From Catajapyx aquilonaris (Eukaryota): a DNA stretch of 42,961 nt. Numbering within the stretch: the first letter of the stretch is position 1; each line of letters begins with the position of its first letter. The DNA lies in NCBI GenBank assembly GCA_000934665.2, contig KZ538876.1:1-42961 (forward strand). The letters run 5' to 3'. Position numbers and translations under genes: made by a program. Below, piece after piece: positions 24,005 through 36,869 of the stretch. The notes beneath the pieces were generated by a model. The model was not told the DNA's origin, did not search any database, and saw only the letters and a list, made by a program, of their open reading frames with translations.

Positions 24005-24825
24005 GGAGGCTACCCTGTTTGTCTTTAGTCTTGGTCGAGGCTAGCCTGCTTGTAATAAGCCCTGCAGGGGCCTTGGTCGAGGCTAGCCTCCTTATAATAA
24101 GCCATGTAGTAGCTTCAGAAGCTACACTGTTTGTCTTTAGTCTTGGTTGAGACTACCCTGCTTATAATAAGTCCACCAGTAACCTTGGTCGAGGCTAGCC
24201 GGTTTGTCATTAACCTTGTTAAAGGCTAGCCTGCTTGTAATAAGCTCTGCAGGAGCCTTGGTCGAGGCTAGCTGGTTTGTAATTAACCTTGTTAAAGGCT
24301 AGCCTGCTTATAAGCCATGTAGGAGCCTTGGTCGAGGCTAGACTGTTTGTAATAAGACCTCTAGCACCATTATAGGCTATCCTGTTTGTCTTTAGCCTCG
24401 GTAAAGGTTAGACGGTTTATTATAAACCCTGTAGTAGTCTTGGTCGAGGCTACACTGTTTGTCTTCAGTCTAGGTCGAGGCTAGCCTGCTTGTAATAAGC
24501 CATGTAGGAGCTTTGGTTGAGGCTAGCCTGTTTGTCTTTAGCATCAGTAAAGGCTATCCAAGACTAAAGACATACAGTGTAGCCTCGACCAAGGCTCCTA
24601 CAGAGCTTATTACAAACAGGCTAGCCTTTAACGAGACTAATGACAAACAGGCTAGTCTCCACCGATACTAAGCACAAACAGTGTAGCCTCGTCCATGGTT
24701 ACGGTACTGTAAGAATTATTACAAACCGGCTAGCCTCGAACGAGAGTAAAGAAAAGCAGGCTAGCCTCAACAGTGTAGCCTCACTTCGCTACACTTTTTG
24801 TCTTCAGTCTCGGTTGAGGCTACCC
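24005..24825. repeat. GGTCGAGGCTAGCCTG repeat array with an orientation switch near 24555
   Basis: Forward units up to ~24555, reverse-complement units afterwards. Confidence 0.88.
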
Positions 24826-25289
24826 TGCAGCTACCACTTGGCAACCCTGTACTTGATCGCTAGGTAATTTGACACCAAGTTAGAATCAGTGCCGCCTAGT
24901 GGAATCTCCCTCCTATTAACAACCACTTCAATCCAACAGGCACCAGATGTCGCCACAATCCATCAGAATCGGAACAGCGTGTGACAGCCGTTTCTAAAAA
25001 CTGGGGCTCAGAGGTCGTTACATTGTTACGACCGACTTAAACTCCCCTACTTTTCAGCCATTTGGAGACGGGGGGTCCAATATTCGGAATTTTGGGAATT
25101 TTGTTGATTGGCCAATTTGTACTGCGAATTGACCTGTAAATCCGGGACTAAATATTCGGGTTACGTTTCGCCCTCCACCAGGGAGCGAATATGAAATATG
25201 CAAAAATATTCGGCCATAAACTAGGTCCGAATTGTTATCGCTTCCAGTTTTAGATGATTAGGTTAAAACAAGATTGGCAAATCACGCGA

Positions 25290-25783
25290 ACGTGATTCGA
25301 GTGGACTTTCTCATTGCCAAGGAAATTCTAATAGGACAACAATGATAGAATGTTGTCAGCATCATTTTTCATTGCCAAGTAACGAAAACAAAAGAATTGT
25401 AAATTGTAAAATTTAAATTTAAATTTTTAAATGTTAAATTAGAATAGTTAATTTAAATTTTTAAATGTTAATTTGAACGTTGAAATTTTAGTGTTTATTT
25501 GAAATGTTTTGATTTTTATAATTATTTGATATTAATTTTAGCATTTTAAATTTTTATGCCAAATTTTTAGAGGGTTTAAATTTAAATATTTTATATAATT
25601 ACAATTTGAAATTGATTAATTTTTAGAATTTTTAAAGCTTTTAAATTTAAATTTTAAAAATAAAAAAATAATTCAATTATTTTCCATAGGCTACTTGGCA
25701 ACGAGAAATGAGACTGACAACATTCTATGTCATTGTTGTCAAATTAGAATATTCTTGGCAATCAGAAAAAGTCTACTCGAATC
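25290..25783. mobile_element. Inverted-repeat module (~95-bp arms) around an AT-rich core
   Basis: gattcgagtggactttctcattgccaag... mirrored by ...cttggcaatcagaaaaagtctactcgaatc; the arms recur at 37545-37600 and 37800-37890. Confidence 0.75.
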
Positions 25784-25789
25784 TACTGC

Positions 25790-27100
25790 AAATCATGTAG
25801 ATCTGACCTTGTCGAATAGAATGAGCCCGGAAAACCGGAAGTGTCAGGTCATCCAAAGTTGTCCTATTTAGGGTCCACTGAATCTGAATCCGAATCCGAA
25901 AACCGTTTGTCGATATCTCTGGCCGTTTACGCCCTGATACCTGTCCACAGACGGACAGAGCCGTTCTATAAGACTTTTTTCGATGAGACAATTCGAACTT
26001 ATATCAAAACTGGCAACTGGTCTATCCAATAGCGACAGTCTAGCGATGACAAAAAAAAATCGCTTAAAGTTGTCGCAAAAGTTCCGGCGGACGAAAAATA
26101 TCCTTTTTGGTTCCTTCCAGTGATTACGAGGCTTGGAGATAACTGGAGGAAGAGTTATGGAACGTAGGGTCATTAGAAGATGCATATAGGGAGAAGCCAA
26201 ATTCCGATACTGGATAGATAGTGCATAGGAACTCCCCATGATCTAGTTCAAAGGGGGATCGATCCGCATTGCTCGGAGGCTAAGAAGTTCGGAAAACAAG
26301 TTCACTTTGCTCAAAAAATGGAGTCAAGTGTATGTGTCCTATATACAGGACACTAAGCTATTAATCTTAGTTACTAGTTAAACATTTGGCGTGATTCGAG
26401 TACACTTTTTCCATTGGGCAGCGGGGAACATTATTTCCCCATTGATAAGGACACCCGCCTGTAACTTGACCTTGGCGGATATAGTGAACCCGGACAACCG
26501 GAAGTGGCAGGTCACCCAAAGTAGACAATGAAACATAACTATAGAGTACGCCGAATCCGAATCCGAAAACAGTTTGTCTCTATCTCTTATTGTTCAGGCG
26601 CTGATACATGTTCACAGACGGACAGACAGACTTTTCGGCGAGAAACTCTAAAACATTCATATACAGCAGTAAAATGACCCTCCTCACCCGCCCATAACTC
26701 CAAGGACACCCGCCTATAACTTGACTTTGGCAGATAGTGAACCGCCCGGACAATCGGAAGTGGCAGGTCACCTAAAGTTGACATGAAAGCTATTCAGGAT
26801 CAGCTGAATCCGAATCCGAAAACAGTTTGTCTCTATCTCATACGGTTTAGGCGCTGATACATGTCCACGGACGGACAGACACTTTTTTCGATGAGAAAAA
26901 GTCTAAAACATGCATATACAACAGTGAAATGACCTTCCTGACCTTGCCTGAAAATTGATTGTCGCTAGCTCATACGGTTCATGGCTTTAGGCGCTGATAC
27001 CTGTCCACGGACGGACGGACAGAGGCGTTCTGTAAGACGTTTTTCGACGGGAAAATGTCTATAACTCGTAAAATAGTGAAATGATCCTCCCGACCCTGCC
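25790..27100. repeat. GAATCCGAATCCGAAAAC ~250-bp unit dispersed/tandem family
   Basis: Several units with ttgaccttggcggata..aaccggaagtg..ctgatacctgtccac. Confidence 0.82.
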
Positions 27101-27894
27101 CTTGACCCCAAATCTAGCCTCAAACCAAGCCCACTCATCTTTTACACATAGATTTTAGATAAATCCCTTTCCATAGTCGAGCCGTTTCTATTACGCTAAT
27201 TTAAGCCTGGCAAGGGCTCAGTGTAACAAGGCTTACTCTACCATGGGCCTGTGACTGAGCAAACCCATCCAATCGGGTGATTACCTCTGAAAATGAAACC
27301 CCTCGCAATGAGCTCCATTTAAGAGCTACTTTACTTTTTTTTTGTCGACCCTTGCAACCTTTTTTTCCCCCCGTAGTTTCCCACAAGAGAGCGTGGCCAT
27401 CTGCTATTGTTCCAGCCAATCAAATGCGCCCTTGACATTTTGGGGAACAAAGACACCTGAGACCCCTCCCGTAGTTATAATTGCGAACCTGGATTAACCT
27501 GGACCCTTAATTAAAACCAGAATCACACCCCAAAATCATTCCAACAATGCGCACGCAACAATTGCGTTTCCCGTTGAGGGAATTTGTGTTGGAAAAGCAA
27601 AAGCTGGGTTGGCTGATCCCCACCGGCATGATACTGTTTTCCGGGGCATCCTCAGGGGACCAGCTAATGCCTGATGCCTCCCCACCTCGGCCCCCGGATT
27701 ATCCTCTCCGGTTGGCGATTAGAGGGGGCAAAACAGACCAGGTTCCGGAGCTGAGAGCAGTTCCCGGCTAGATCTTTGGACGATTAGAGAAAGGACGAAA
27801 CACGAACCGACGCGACGTTTAGTTGGAGGCTGGACAGGTCCCCAGGCGAATTATAGGGGACCAGGGGACACGAACCAGCCAATCTGGGTCCTCC

Positions 27895-28880
27895 AGAATC
27901 GATATGGAAAGAATAGCATCGAAAATCGATGTGGAAATGATCACGTCGAGATTCGATATTGAAAGAATCACATCAAAAAGCGATACCGGTATGTAAAAAA
28001 TCAAATCGAAAATCAATATAGGAAGAGTCACCGAATATCCATACAGACTCACCGAATATCGATACAGACTCACCGAATATCGATACAGACTCACCGAATA
28101 TCGATATAGAATCACATCGAAAATCGATATAAAAAGCACATCAAAAATCGATATGGTAAGAATCACATCAACAATCGATACCGGTATGTAAAAAAAAAAA
28201 TCCAACCGAAAATCGATATAGAAAGACTCGCCGAATATCGCTAGACTTACCGAATATCGCTAGACTTACCGAATATCGCTAGACTTACCGAATATCGATA
28301 TAGACTCACCGAAAATCGATATAAACTCACATCGAAAATCGATATAAAAAGGCACATCAAAAATCGATATGGAAAGACTCCCCGAATATCGCTAGACTTA
28401 CCGAATATCGATATAGACTCACATCGAAAATCGATATAAAAAGGCACATCAAAAATCGATATAAAAAGGCACATCAAAAATCGATATGGAAAGACTCGCC
28501 GAATATCGCTAGACTTACCGAATATCGATATAGACTCACCGAAAATCGATATAAGCTCACATTGAAAATCGATATAAAAAGGCACATCAAAAATCGATAT
28601 GGAAAGACTCGCCGAATATCGCTAGACTTACCGAATATCGATATAGACTCACCAAATATCGACATAGACTCACCAAATATCGATATAGACTCACATCGAA
28701 AATCGATCAAATTTCAATATATAGACCGATAAGTTCTAAATCGGCATGCCATATCGATACAGTCTACATCGATATATCGATACACAATCAACAAAATACT
28801 TTGCTCCAAACATGTCGATTTTTCAAGAAATATAGATCCTTTTTCAATCTCTAGGCCGATTTTTCACAAAATATCGATAT
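27895..28880. repeat. ATCGAT-core minisatellite array
   Basis: Interleaved gactcaccgaatatcgata and cacatcaaaaatcgatat units with higher-order repetition. Confidence 0.92.
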
Positions 28881-29726
28881 CAGAAGGACCTGTCCAGGCC
28901 GAACCGCGTCTGGTGTGGACAGCCAACTGCTTCCACTCATTCCATACTGTTTAACACTCAACCACTTAAAACAATGACAAGTACTCCCGGTATTGCGCCA
29001 TATATCGTTCGCCCGTACGTCATCGGTCCCATGCACGCGATTCCACCGCGCTAAATTAGAGCCGACTCATCCACATTGATTATGTGAGCAAATTGCACTC
29101 AATTACCGTAATTATTTTATCTGTCAGCATTCCTAACTCCCCAAGTACGACGAGGACATACCACGCAAATAAAACGTGTGTGACCTCCCGCTAAAATTAA
29201 TTGGGTTGACCATACCAAAAGACAATTGTCCTGTTTGAACTTCGACCATTATTTTTTTTTAAACCCAGGGATGTTCTAAAATTAACGCCGAATAATGAAC
29301 ACCCCGCATCGTATTGATTAACAATCGGTAATTATTCCCTTTGAGTGCGGAAGCCTCGGGTAATTAACAGCAATCTGAAGCTAAGTCACTAAATACATAA
29401 TGATAGAGCATTTTCAGATATTTGGAGATCAAAAGAACGGCGGGGAGCTTTGTACCGGCAACAATGCAAAAATCAACAATATGCTGATTGGGGGTCAATT
29501 AATCTAATGACTTAACCATATTTAAAAGGCTTGATTGCGGGTATGGGCCAAAATTCGTCCGGATGTTGAGCTTGTAGATTAGGCTCCGGTTGTAGGTTAT
29601 GGCTGTGATTTCCGTTGTTTCTGATTGGTTGGCTGCTGTTCAGGTTCCGGAGAAGCGCCGGTACGAGGTTCATGACCTTTCAAACGCAGAATTGGCCTCA
29701 CAAGGCGAATCAAGTGACATTAGCCC

Positions 29727-30917
29727 GAGGGGTTACCCACTCTCCTAAGACGTGTATACACACCATGATTACCCTACATTACCTTGATTACTCAGATTAC
29801 TCATATGATTGCCTATGGTTGGTTGCTTATACCCCATTTGGGAGAACGGCGCTCCATTAGGGGGGTGGAATACCACCATTGGATGGAACCAAGGATAGGG
29901 AAGGGGCTGTGGCCTATTATTCTTACAGAAACGACCTCGGAATTATCCTGAGGGGACCGTGGGAAACCACCAGAAACCACAGAAAACCACGGTTAGGGTC
30001 GCCGGCCCCGGGATTCGAACCCAGGACCTCCCGATTAGCAGTCTGGCTCCTTAACCCATACACCAACCTGCTTCGGTTATGATTGCCTATGATTAACTAG
30101 ATTACTCCTTTGTTTACGTTTGATTATCATATTACCGATTAACAAGATTACTCATATGATTACCCAGATGGTTACATAATAATTATGAAACTTACTCATA
30201 TTACCTGATTTACCAGATTCCCAGACTCACGATAATCATAAGTAATCTTGGTAGTCATATGAGTAATTTGGTAATCATACAAGTAATCTTATTGGTAATC
30301 ATGGGTAATCTGTCATCATAGGAGTAAACTGTGTAATCAAAAGGAAATACGGGTAATCATAGGTAATCTAATGTAATCATTAGGTAATCTAATGTAATCA
30401 TTAGGTAATCTAATGTAATCATTAGGTAATATAATGTAATCATAAGGTAATGCATGGTAATCTGCTCGACACTTCGTTTGGTAATCCTAGTAATCGTAAG
30501 TTGTATGTAATAATAGGAAAACTCTAGGTATTCATAAGGTAATTTCTCGGTAATCATAAGGTAATCGCTCGGTAATCGCTCGGTAATCCTGATAGCCATA
30601 GGTAATCATGAGTAATCTGGGTAATCACAGGTAATAATATGTGTAATATGGGTATTTACAGGTAATCATGTGTAATATGGGTAATTACAGGTAATCATGT
30701 GTAATATGGGTTATCATAGATAATCATATGAGTATTCTTGGTAATCATAGGTAATCACAGGTAATGTAGTTAATCACTGGTAATCATACTGCAGGTAATA
30801 TGGGTAATCATATGAGTAATCTTGATAATCATAGGTAATGCATGGTAATCTAGTGAAATCATAAGGTAATGCATGGTAATCACGGTGTACACGTTTTAGG
30901 AGAGTGGCTAGCCCCTC
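29727..30917. mobile_element. Foldback element with ~43-bp TIRs and a GATTAC/GTAATC satellite interior
   Basis: gaggggttacccactctcctaagacgtgta... mirrored by ...tacacgttttaggagagtggctagcccctc; interior polarity flips near 30230. Confidence 0.82.
29818..30077 (-). mobile_element. tRNA-derived SINE family B, full length with 14-bp TSD
   Basis: B-box GGTTCGAATCC, loop CTGCTAA; TSD TATGATTGCCTATG at 29804-29817 and 30078-30091. Confidence 0.9.
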
Positions 30918-32428
30918 CGTGTGACCTAATAGCGCGGCTAAACTGAGTAAACCTCAACCCAGGCGCCTGATTAGCACTCTAGCCTCCTACAAGGCCTCAC
31001 CCCCATTACAAGACATACCTATACTGATAAGAGGGTATTGGGTCTCCCCAAATTTTTTTCAGAATCATGTGCCCTTCCAGGTCATGTCTGAGGGTAATAC
31101 CTCTCAATTCGCATTGCAGCTGAAAATTGTTTTACAGGTCATGCCCGATGGCGGGAGGTGGAAAGGAAAAAAAAACATGGAGGTCTTTTGGGATCAGCAT
31201 TCGAGTCGCTGGTGCTCGGACCGTGACAGAATCGAGTTTAGTCGTCGAGTCCCTTTGGAAATCGCCTCACACCTCGCCACTACGTGTTCGCCCAAACTCA
31301 GGACAACAGTTTGTTGTTTTTGCCAGATCCTTCCACAGCGTTAATCTCGTTTTCCTTCCGCAGCCTCTTTCCAACTGGCTGTTTTATAGCCAGCCAGAGC
31401 CGCATCTATGTGCCGCAGTCTCCGCCCATTTTTCTTCCCTCAATCAGGGCCGATGATTAGTAACCTAGCCTCCCACAAGGCCTCACCGCATTATAAGACA
31501 AACTGATCATCCCTAGTGGGCTAAACGCTCGGATTTTCAGATTGTCCTGTCTCCAAGACGGTACAAACGTCAGTTATGCGGCACAATTACCCCCAAGCTC
31601 AACTTGGCACGCCCTACTGCGGCTAGGAAATGCCATTGATCTACTTTTCCAGCCTTCCACCTCGTTAAGGCTGCATGCACGGCATCCAAAAATTAGAAAA
31701 TAGATATCTAGAAACCTATAGTCCCACACACAAAAAAAATAGATCACAGGGAACCTAGAAATGCTTTTAGGAGGTCCAGAGAGCGGAAGAATCGACACAC
31801 ACACACAAAAGCTATTTTAAAGAGTTAGTTAGTATTCTTTTTTAACCGTTGTTTTCTGTCTAAAGAACCAGGTTTCGATCGGGTTCTAAAGCCAATTTGT
31901 AAGATAATGGCGGGTGGTCCCTCTAGTTTTGAAGAGAGCAAACTTGAGCCCACCCTTCGTCTTTCCCATCAATAAACATGGTCTTGGCGATGAGACTCCC
32001 AGCGACCTTCCCAGGGACGTGTTCGGTAAGCTTGAAACCGGATCAAAGTCAGAGGATCATGGAAATAAGGAAGGCCCAGGTAGAGTAACCTAGGGCGAGT
32101 CATTTGAGATATGATCTTCCTAAGTCATCCCACTGACCTCGAGGGGGTCCTCAAGGCTGTTTATACAGGTTAGCCTCGCCCTATAGGACCTGCTTACAAC
32201 TTCTAGCCTCTCCCCAGGTCCGACCTGGCCATTCCAACAAGCTTTTAGACTCGCCAACTATTTTAAAAATTAAATAAGTTACATGAATCTACGACTTTTG
32301 GCTACCGGACAATTGGCTGCCAGTCATTTGGTCGGCCAATTTAATCCGCAACTAAATGCAGCATCCAAATGACCGGCAGGCAGGTGTCGCGATACCAAAT
32401 AGATGATGCTAAATTATTAATATTTAGT

Positions 32429-32713
32429 TACGCCACTGGCCAGCCAAGAGGGAGGCCGGGGTTCAAATCCCGTCCCCGTCACCTCTGCTCCTTTTTCCGC
32501 TTTTCACCCGACATGCCGGAGCAGATTTGCACTCCCTTCTCTGCTCGGGGCCAGGAGAAAACGCCTGGTGTTAAAGAATGTCAGAAATGGCTATCGCACG
32601 GCGCGGCGCGGCGCTCTCCCTTGGGAACTTCCCCTTCCCCCCTACGAGAGCCACGGGCTCTATCACGGGGTAACAAAAATAAATAAATAAATAAATAAAT
32701 AAATAAACAAATA
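32429..32713 (+). mobile_element. SINE family A, slightly 5'-truncated, with 7-bp TSD
   Basis: B-box GGTTCAAATCC, (AAAT)n tail, ATTTAGT at 32422-32428 and 32714-32720. Confidence 0.88.
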
Positions 32714-32714
32714 A

Positions 32715-33095
32715 TTTAGTAACTTCTGCTAATGTTTGTACGTTTTAAAATCTGCCCTTTCATGGTGGCCGCCACCTGCTTACAACTAGCCTCGCCATCT
32801 ACCAACAAGCTTTCTGACCAACCAACTATTTAAAAAATTATGAAATGATGCTAAATTATTAATTTAATGACTTCAACTAATTCTGTGTTGTTTTAAAACA
32901 CCGCCCTCACAAGATGGCCGCCACTTGCTTACAACTCCTAGCCTCTCCAACAAGCTTACTGACTACCAAACCATTTTTAAAACTAAGTAAGTGACGATAA
33001 ATGACTAATTTAATAATCTCAGCTAATGCTGTGTTATTTTAAAACTCCGCCCTCACAAGATGGCTGTCGATTGCCGCCCCAAGATGGCCGCCACT
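32715..33095. repeat. ~150-bp degenerate tandem repeat (host of the SINE A copy)
   Basis: Repeated ccgccctcacaagatggccgccac and gcttacaac..tagcctc; related sequence at 32190-32420. Confidence 0.7.
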
Positions 33096-33653
33096 CATTC
33101 ACACCGCGACACTTCCCCTGGCAATTCCATCGGTGTGCTCGGGTGTTTCGGAGCGTAACAAATGTGCGGCCGGTTGTAGATAGATGGAAAGGTTCTTAGC
33201 TCCCACAAACGCGACCATTTGGCAACTGGAGGACTTGCGACGTGTGTTGGGTTCAGGTGGCTCCCAAGACGACACTTTCGGACTGCCTTACGAGGTACGT
33301 ACCATGTCGACATCTCAGTACAAAACACAACGCAGGGATTGACCAAAACCGATTTGTCATCCGGAAACATCCGCACCCTATGCAAATACCGGTTGTATAT
33401 AGAGGTTGTAAAAACGTCTTCCCCCGGTTATTTGCTTTTCGGATGATTATTCTGGGGCCGACGGCACACTCCGTCATTTCTCAGGCCAAAAGAAAACATG
33501 TCTGAATACAGTACCGACTTTGATGCTCATTCTTGGCCGGTTATGGTCGACTATTATTCAGTCTGGTATCCGCCTCTAGACATGCTATAAAACCGGTTCT
33601 GCCCTGAATAAGTCATAGTTAACTCCTAGTTTGACTAAAGGCTCACACAAAAG

Positions 33654-34022
33654 TGAGTCACAAGACAGCGCAGCGAGTCACAAGTCAGCGAGTCACACGA
33701 CAGCAGGTCACCCGACAGCGAGTCACACGACAGCGAGTCACAAGACAGCGAGTCACAAGACAGCGAGTCACAAGACAGCGAGTCCCACGACAGCGAGTCG
33801 CATGACAGTGAGCCACATGACAGCGAGTCACACGACAGCGAGTCACAAGACAGCGAGTCGCATGACAGTGAGCCACATGACAGTGAGCCACATGACAGTG
33901 AGCCACACGACAGCGAGTCACAAGACAGCGAGTCACACGACAGGCTCGACAGCGAGTCACAAGACAGCGAGTCGCATGACAGTGAGTCACATGACAGTGA
34001 GCCACACGACAGTGAGTCACAT
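33654..34022. repeat. 15-bp minisatellite (cacaagacagcgagt), more than 20 copies
   Basis: Regular 15-bp period with few variant positions. Confidence 0.95.
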
Positions 34023-35067
34023 AACCACTAGTGAGCCAACTAGTGTCCCAACAATACACATGAACTACCCAAGCCTCACCAATTGATTTAAATGCCATTG
34101 GCATGGCGATAGCAACATTTGCGGGAGTTAATAAAACCTCCCAGAGGGCGCTAAACATGTTAAATTAGACACGTCAAGTACCACATAACTAGGTAATGAT
34201 CCAAACGGCCGCCATTTTTAATCCCCCGATGCATTCAATCCGGTCCCATAATAAAACATATGCGGGTGTTATACATGTGTTATGACAATGGATACATATG
34301 GATGAGGAGCGTTCTTTGTTGACATAAAGTCCAGTATTATACGATCAATTGTAAAAATAGTACCGGTTTTTTTTCCCCCCCGGGAAAAATCCATGTGCGT
34401 TAGGAAAACACTTATACACCTCGTTCGAACCGTGCTTGGAGGTCCTCAAAGTCTGGGAATGGTACGAGTTCTAGTTTGAAATCCACAATAACGACCGAAA
34501 ATATACAAAGTCTCGGAGCTTTTCCGGGAGAGGATTACGGAGGGGGATGTACTATAGAAAACGATAGCAGTTGGTATAGATTCGAAGAAGTTGAAACCGG
34601 TTGAAACCTCTCTTTCCGGGAAAGCCCAAGGCGGGGCGACAAAGTTGGTAATTGTCACCCAACCAAACGAAATTAGTGTCGCTTCCTGGCTCGTTAAGGT
34701 CAACGAAGCGGGTAGCCAGTATGTGGAACCTCGAAGTCAACGGATTTGTCTCGGAGAAATCATGTTACACCTGTGGGAAACGCCACAGTGCCCCCCTCAC
34801 AAATGTAAGGGCCGTTACAATATCCCTCCCCTCATCACGTGCGTAAAATTTTATTTTTAATGTATTTTAATTAACGTCTCAATCTACAGTACACTCTAGC
34901 ATATACAAACCCATAGCAAGTCTCACGTTACCCAATCAGGCTTCTATTCACGCCACAGTGCCCCCCTCACAAATGTCGGGGCCATCACAATACCTCCTGT
35001 GTAAAATTTTCTTCTTGGTGAATTTTAATTCAATGTCTCAATTTATAGATCTCTATAGTACACTTTC

Positions 35068-35312
35068 ACAGAAACAGGTTGGTGTAGGGGATAAGGAGCC
35101 CGCCTGCTAATCGGGAGGTCCTGGGTTCGAATCCCGGGGTCGGCGACCCTGATCATTTGTTTTCTGTGGTTTTCCATGGTCCCTTTCAGGACAATTCTGG
35201 GGCCGTTTCCGTAAAATAGGCCACAACCGCTTCCTTCCTTCCCTATCCTTGGTCCCATCCAATGGTGGTAATCCACACCCATAAGGGAGCCAAAGGCTCT
35301 AGCACGGGGTAT
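35068..35312 (+). mobile_element. SINE family B copy
   Basis: Head caggttggtgtaggggataagg..ctgctaatcgggaggtcctgggttcgaatccc; body matches 29818-30077. Confidence 0.87.
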
Positions 35313-35364
35313 ATGATTTGAAAAATATATAAAAACATAAAAAAATGAACTGGATAATCATAAT

Positions 35365-35754
35365 GGACCGTATTCAGAGTCAACAACAAGAAGTTAGTGC
35401 AGTGCTTTAAACCACGTGACCCAGTTCACTAAGAAAAGTCGCATTCAGAGTCGCGCTTTAGGCCTAGTGCGGGCCTAGTGCGGACTTAGTGCGATCCTGC
35501 TAAAGCGGTGCACTAAGGCAAAACTTAGTGTAGGGGACCCCCTTCTTTTGCGTCGAACTAACATCGAACCACGCATCGAACTAGGCAGTGGCGGTAGTTT
35601 GAAAATAACTTAGCAGCTTTTTAAACTGCTGCTAAGCAATTTTTGGCGCTCAATCTGAATGGAAGCAACTAATGTGGCGCTAATGCGGACCTAGCGTCGC
35701 ACTAGTTAGTGTGGACTTTTGCGCTGCATAAGCGAACGACTCTGAATACGGCCC
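35365..35754. mobile_element. PIF/Harbinger-like MITE (390 bp) with 3-bp AAT TSD
   Basis: TIRs GGACCGTATTCAGAGTC / GACTCTGAATACGGCCC; AAT at 35362-35364 and 35755-35757. Confidence 0.8.
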
Positions 35755-36869
35755 AATGTAATCTAGGGGTAATCATGGTGTACACTTCTTAGGAGTAGGT
35801 AACCCCCTGTACAGATCTCCTAGAAAGTCTCACGTTACCCAATCATCCTTCTATTCAACACACATCACGTGTGACAAGTGCGTGTCCCGGACATCGACAC
35901 CTTCTTTTCATAGGTACACAGATTTACCTATTCAATCACAATTATTGGCAGACCATGATCACGCAATGGTGGATCTTCCACTTAAATCACTATGATTTTG
36001 TAGAGAGGCTTTCAGAGGTCGTTGATACCAGAATGATGTAATATTGTGGATGCAAAAGAAAAATGTTCCTTTGTCCCTAACTTTTTGAATCAAAGACAAA
36101 GTCGCCCTCTTGTGGCTTTGATTTCTCGTTTTCTACTAGCCTGAAGCAATATTCTGATTGGACACAAACTTTTTGTAGAGTAGGTGTCGCCACCGGTATG
36201 CATTTTTGATGCCAACAATATAAGTCAACAAAACACTCCATTTCATGAGTCGCATCAACTGTGATTTACAACCCCCATATTTTTCTTCACACACTCACAA
36301 AAAAAAAGTCGGCCATTTTTAGTCCGAAGGAAGTAGACTTTCGGGGTAACTTACGTCTTTTTTGCAGAGTCAACCGTTGTGGGGGATTTCCTGCTTGCGA
36401 GACTTTTCCTTCCCGAATAAACTTCTTTTTCAAAAGGCCCGCATGTGTATCTTACTTCCAACTATTGCAATTTGGAACCCGGAGTTAGGCCCGGTTACTT
36501 TTGAGGTTGTTTTTCCATGCGCGATAAATTTTCTGAAGAGACCCGTTATTTTTAACGGAAAAATTAGGTTTGCTCCAAAATGGCGGACCAGCGCGTGATC
36601 AAGTGTCACCACACACAGCCTGGATTTGGAGGCAATAACAGACGAGGGCCATTGTTGCTAAGGAGCTGCTTATCAGGTCTAATCCCAGAGGCCGTTTGAT
36701 CTGGCTGGTGGTTCTAGCAGAGGAACAAACAACACCATTTGCATAATAGGGGGCTGGATACAAAATGGCGACGGTCTAATCGCGGCCGTTGTCGCAAATG
36801 GAACACCTTGTCGGCATTAGAATCATTGAGAACATATTTTGAACTAATTTTGAGACTGTTTCTATTCAA

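Noticed and set aside
27895..28740. CRISPR-like appearance of regular repeats (also 33654-34022 and 41650-42830)
   Set aside because: No unique spacers, no cas genes, and a eukaryotic intronic context.
33631..34158. ORFs with TASHK or VTRC repeats
   Set aside because: By-products of a stop-free 15-bp minisatellite; no splice or homology support.
35075..35145. tRNA genes at SINE heads (also 9580-9650, 20325-20396, 30000-30077, 39110-39185)
   Set aside because: They lack a proper acceptor stem and run into shared SINE bodies with tails and TSDs.
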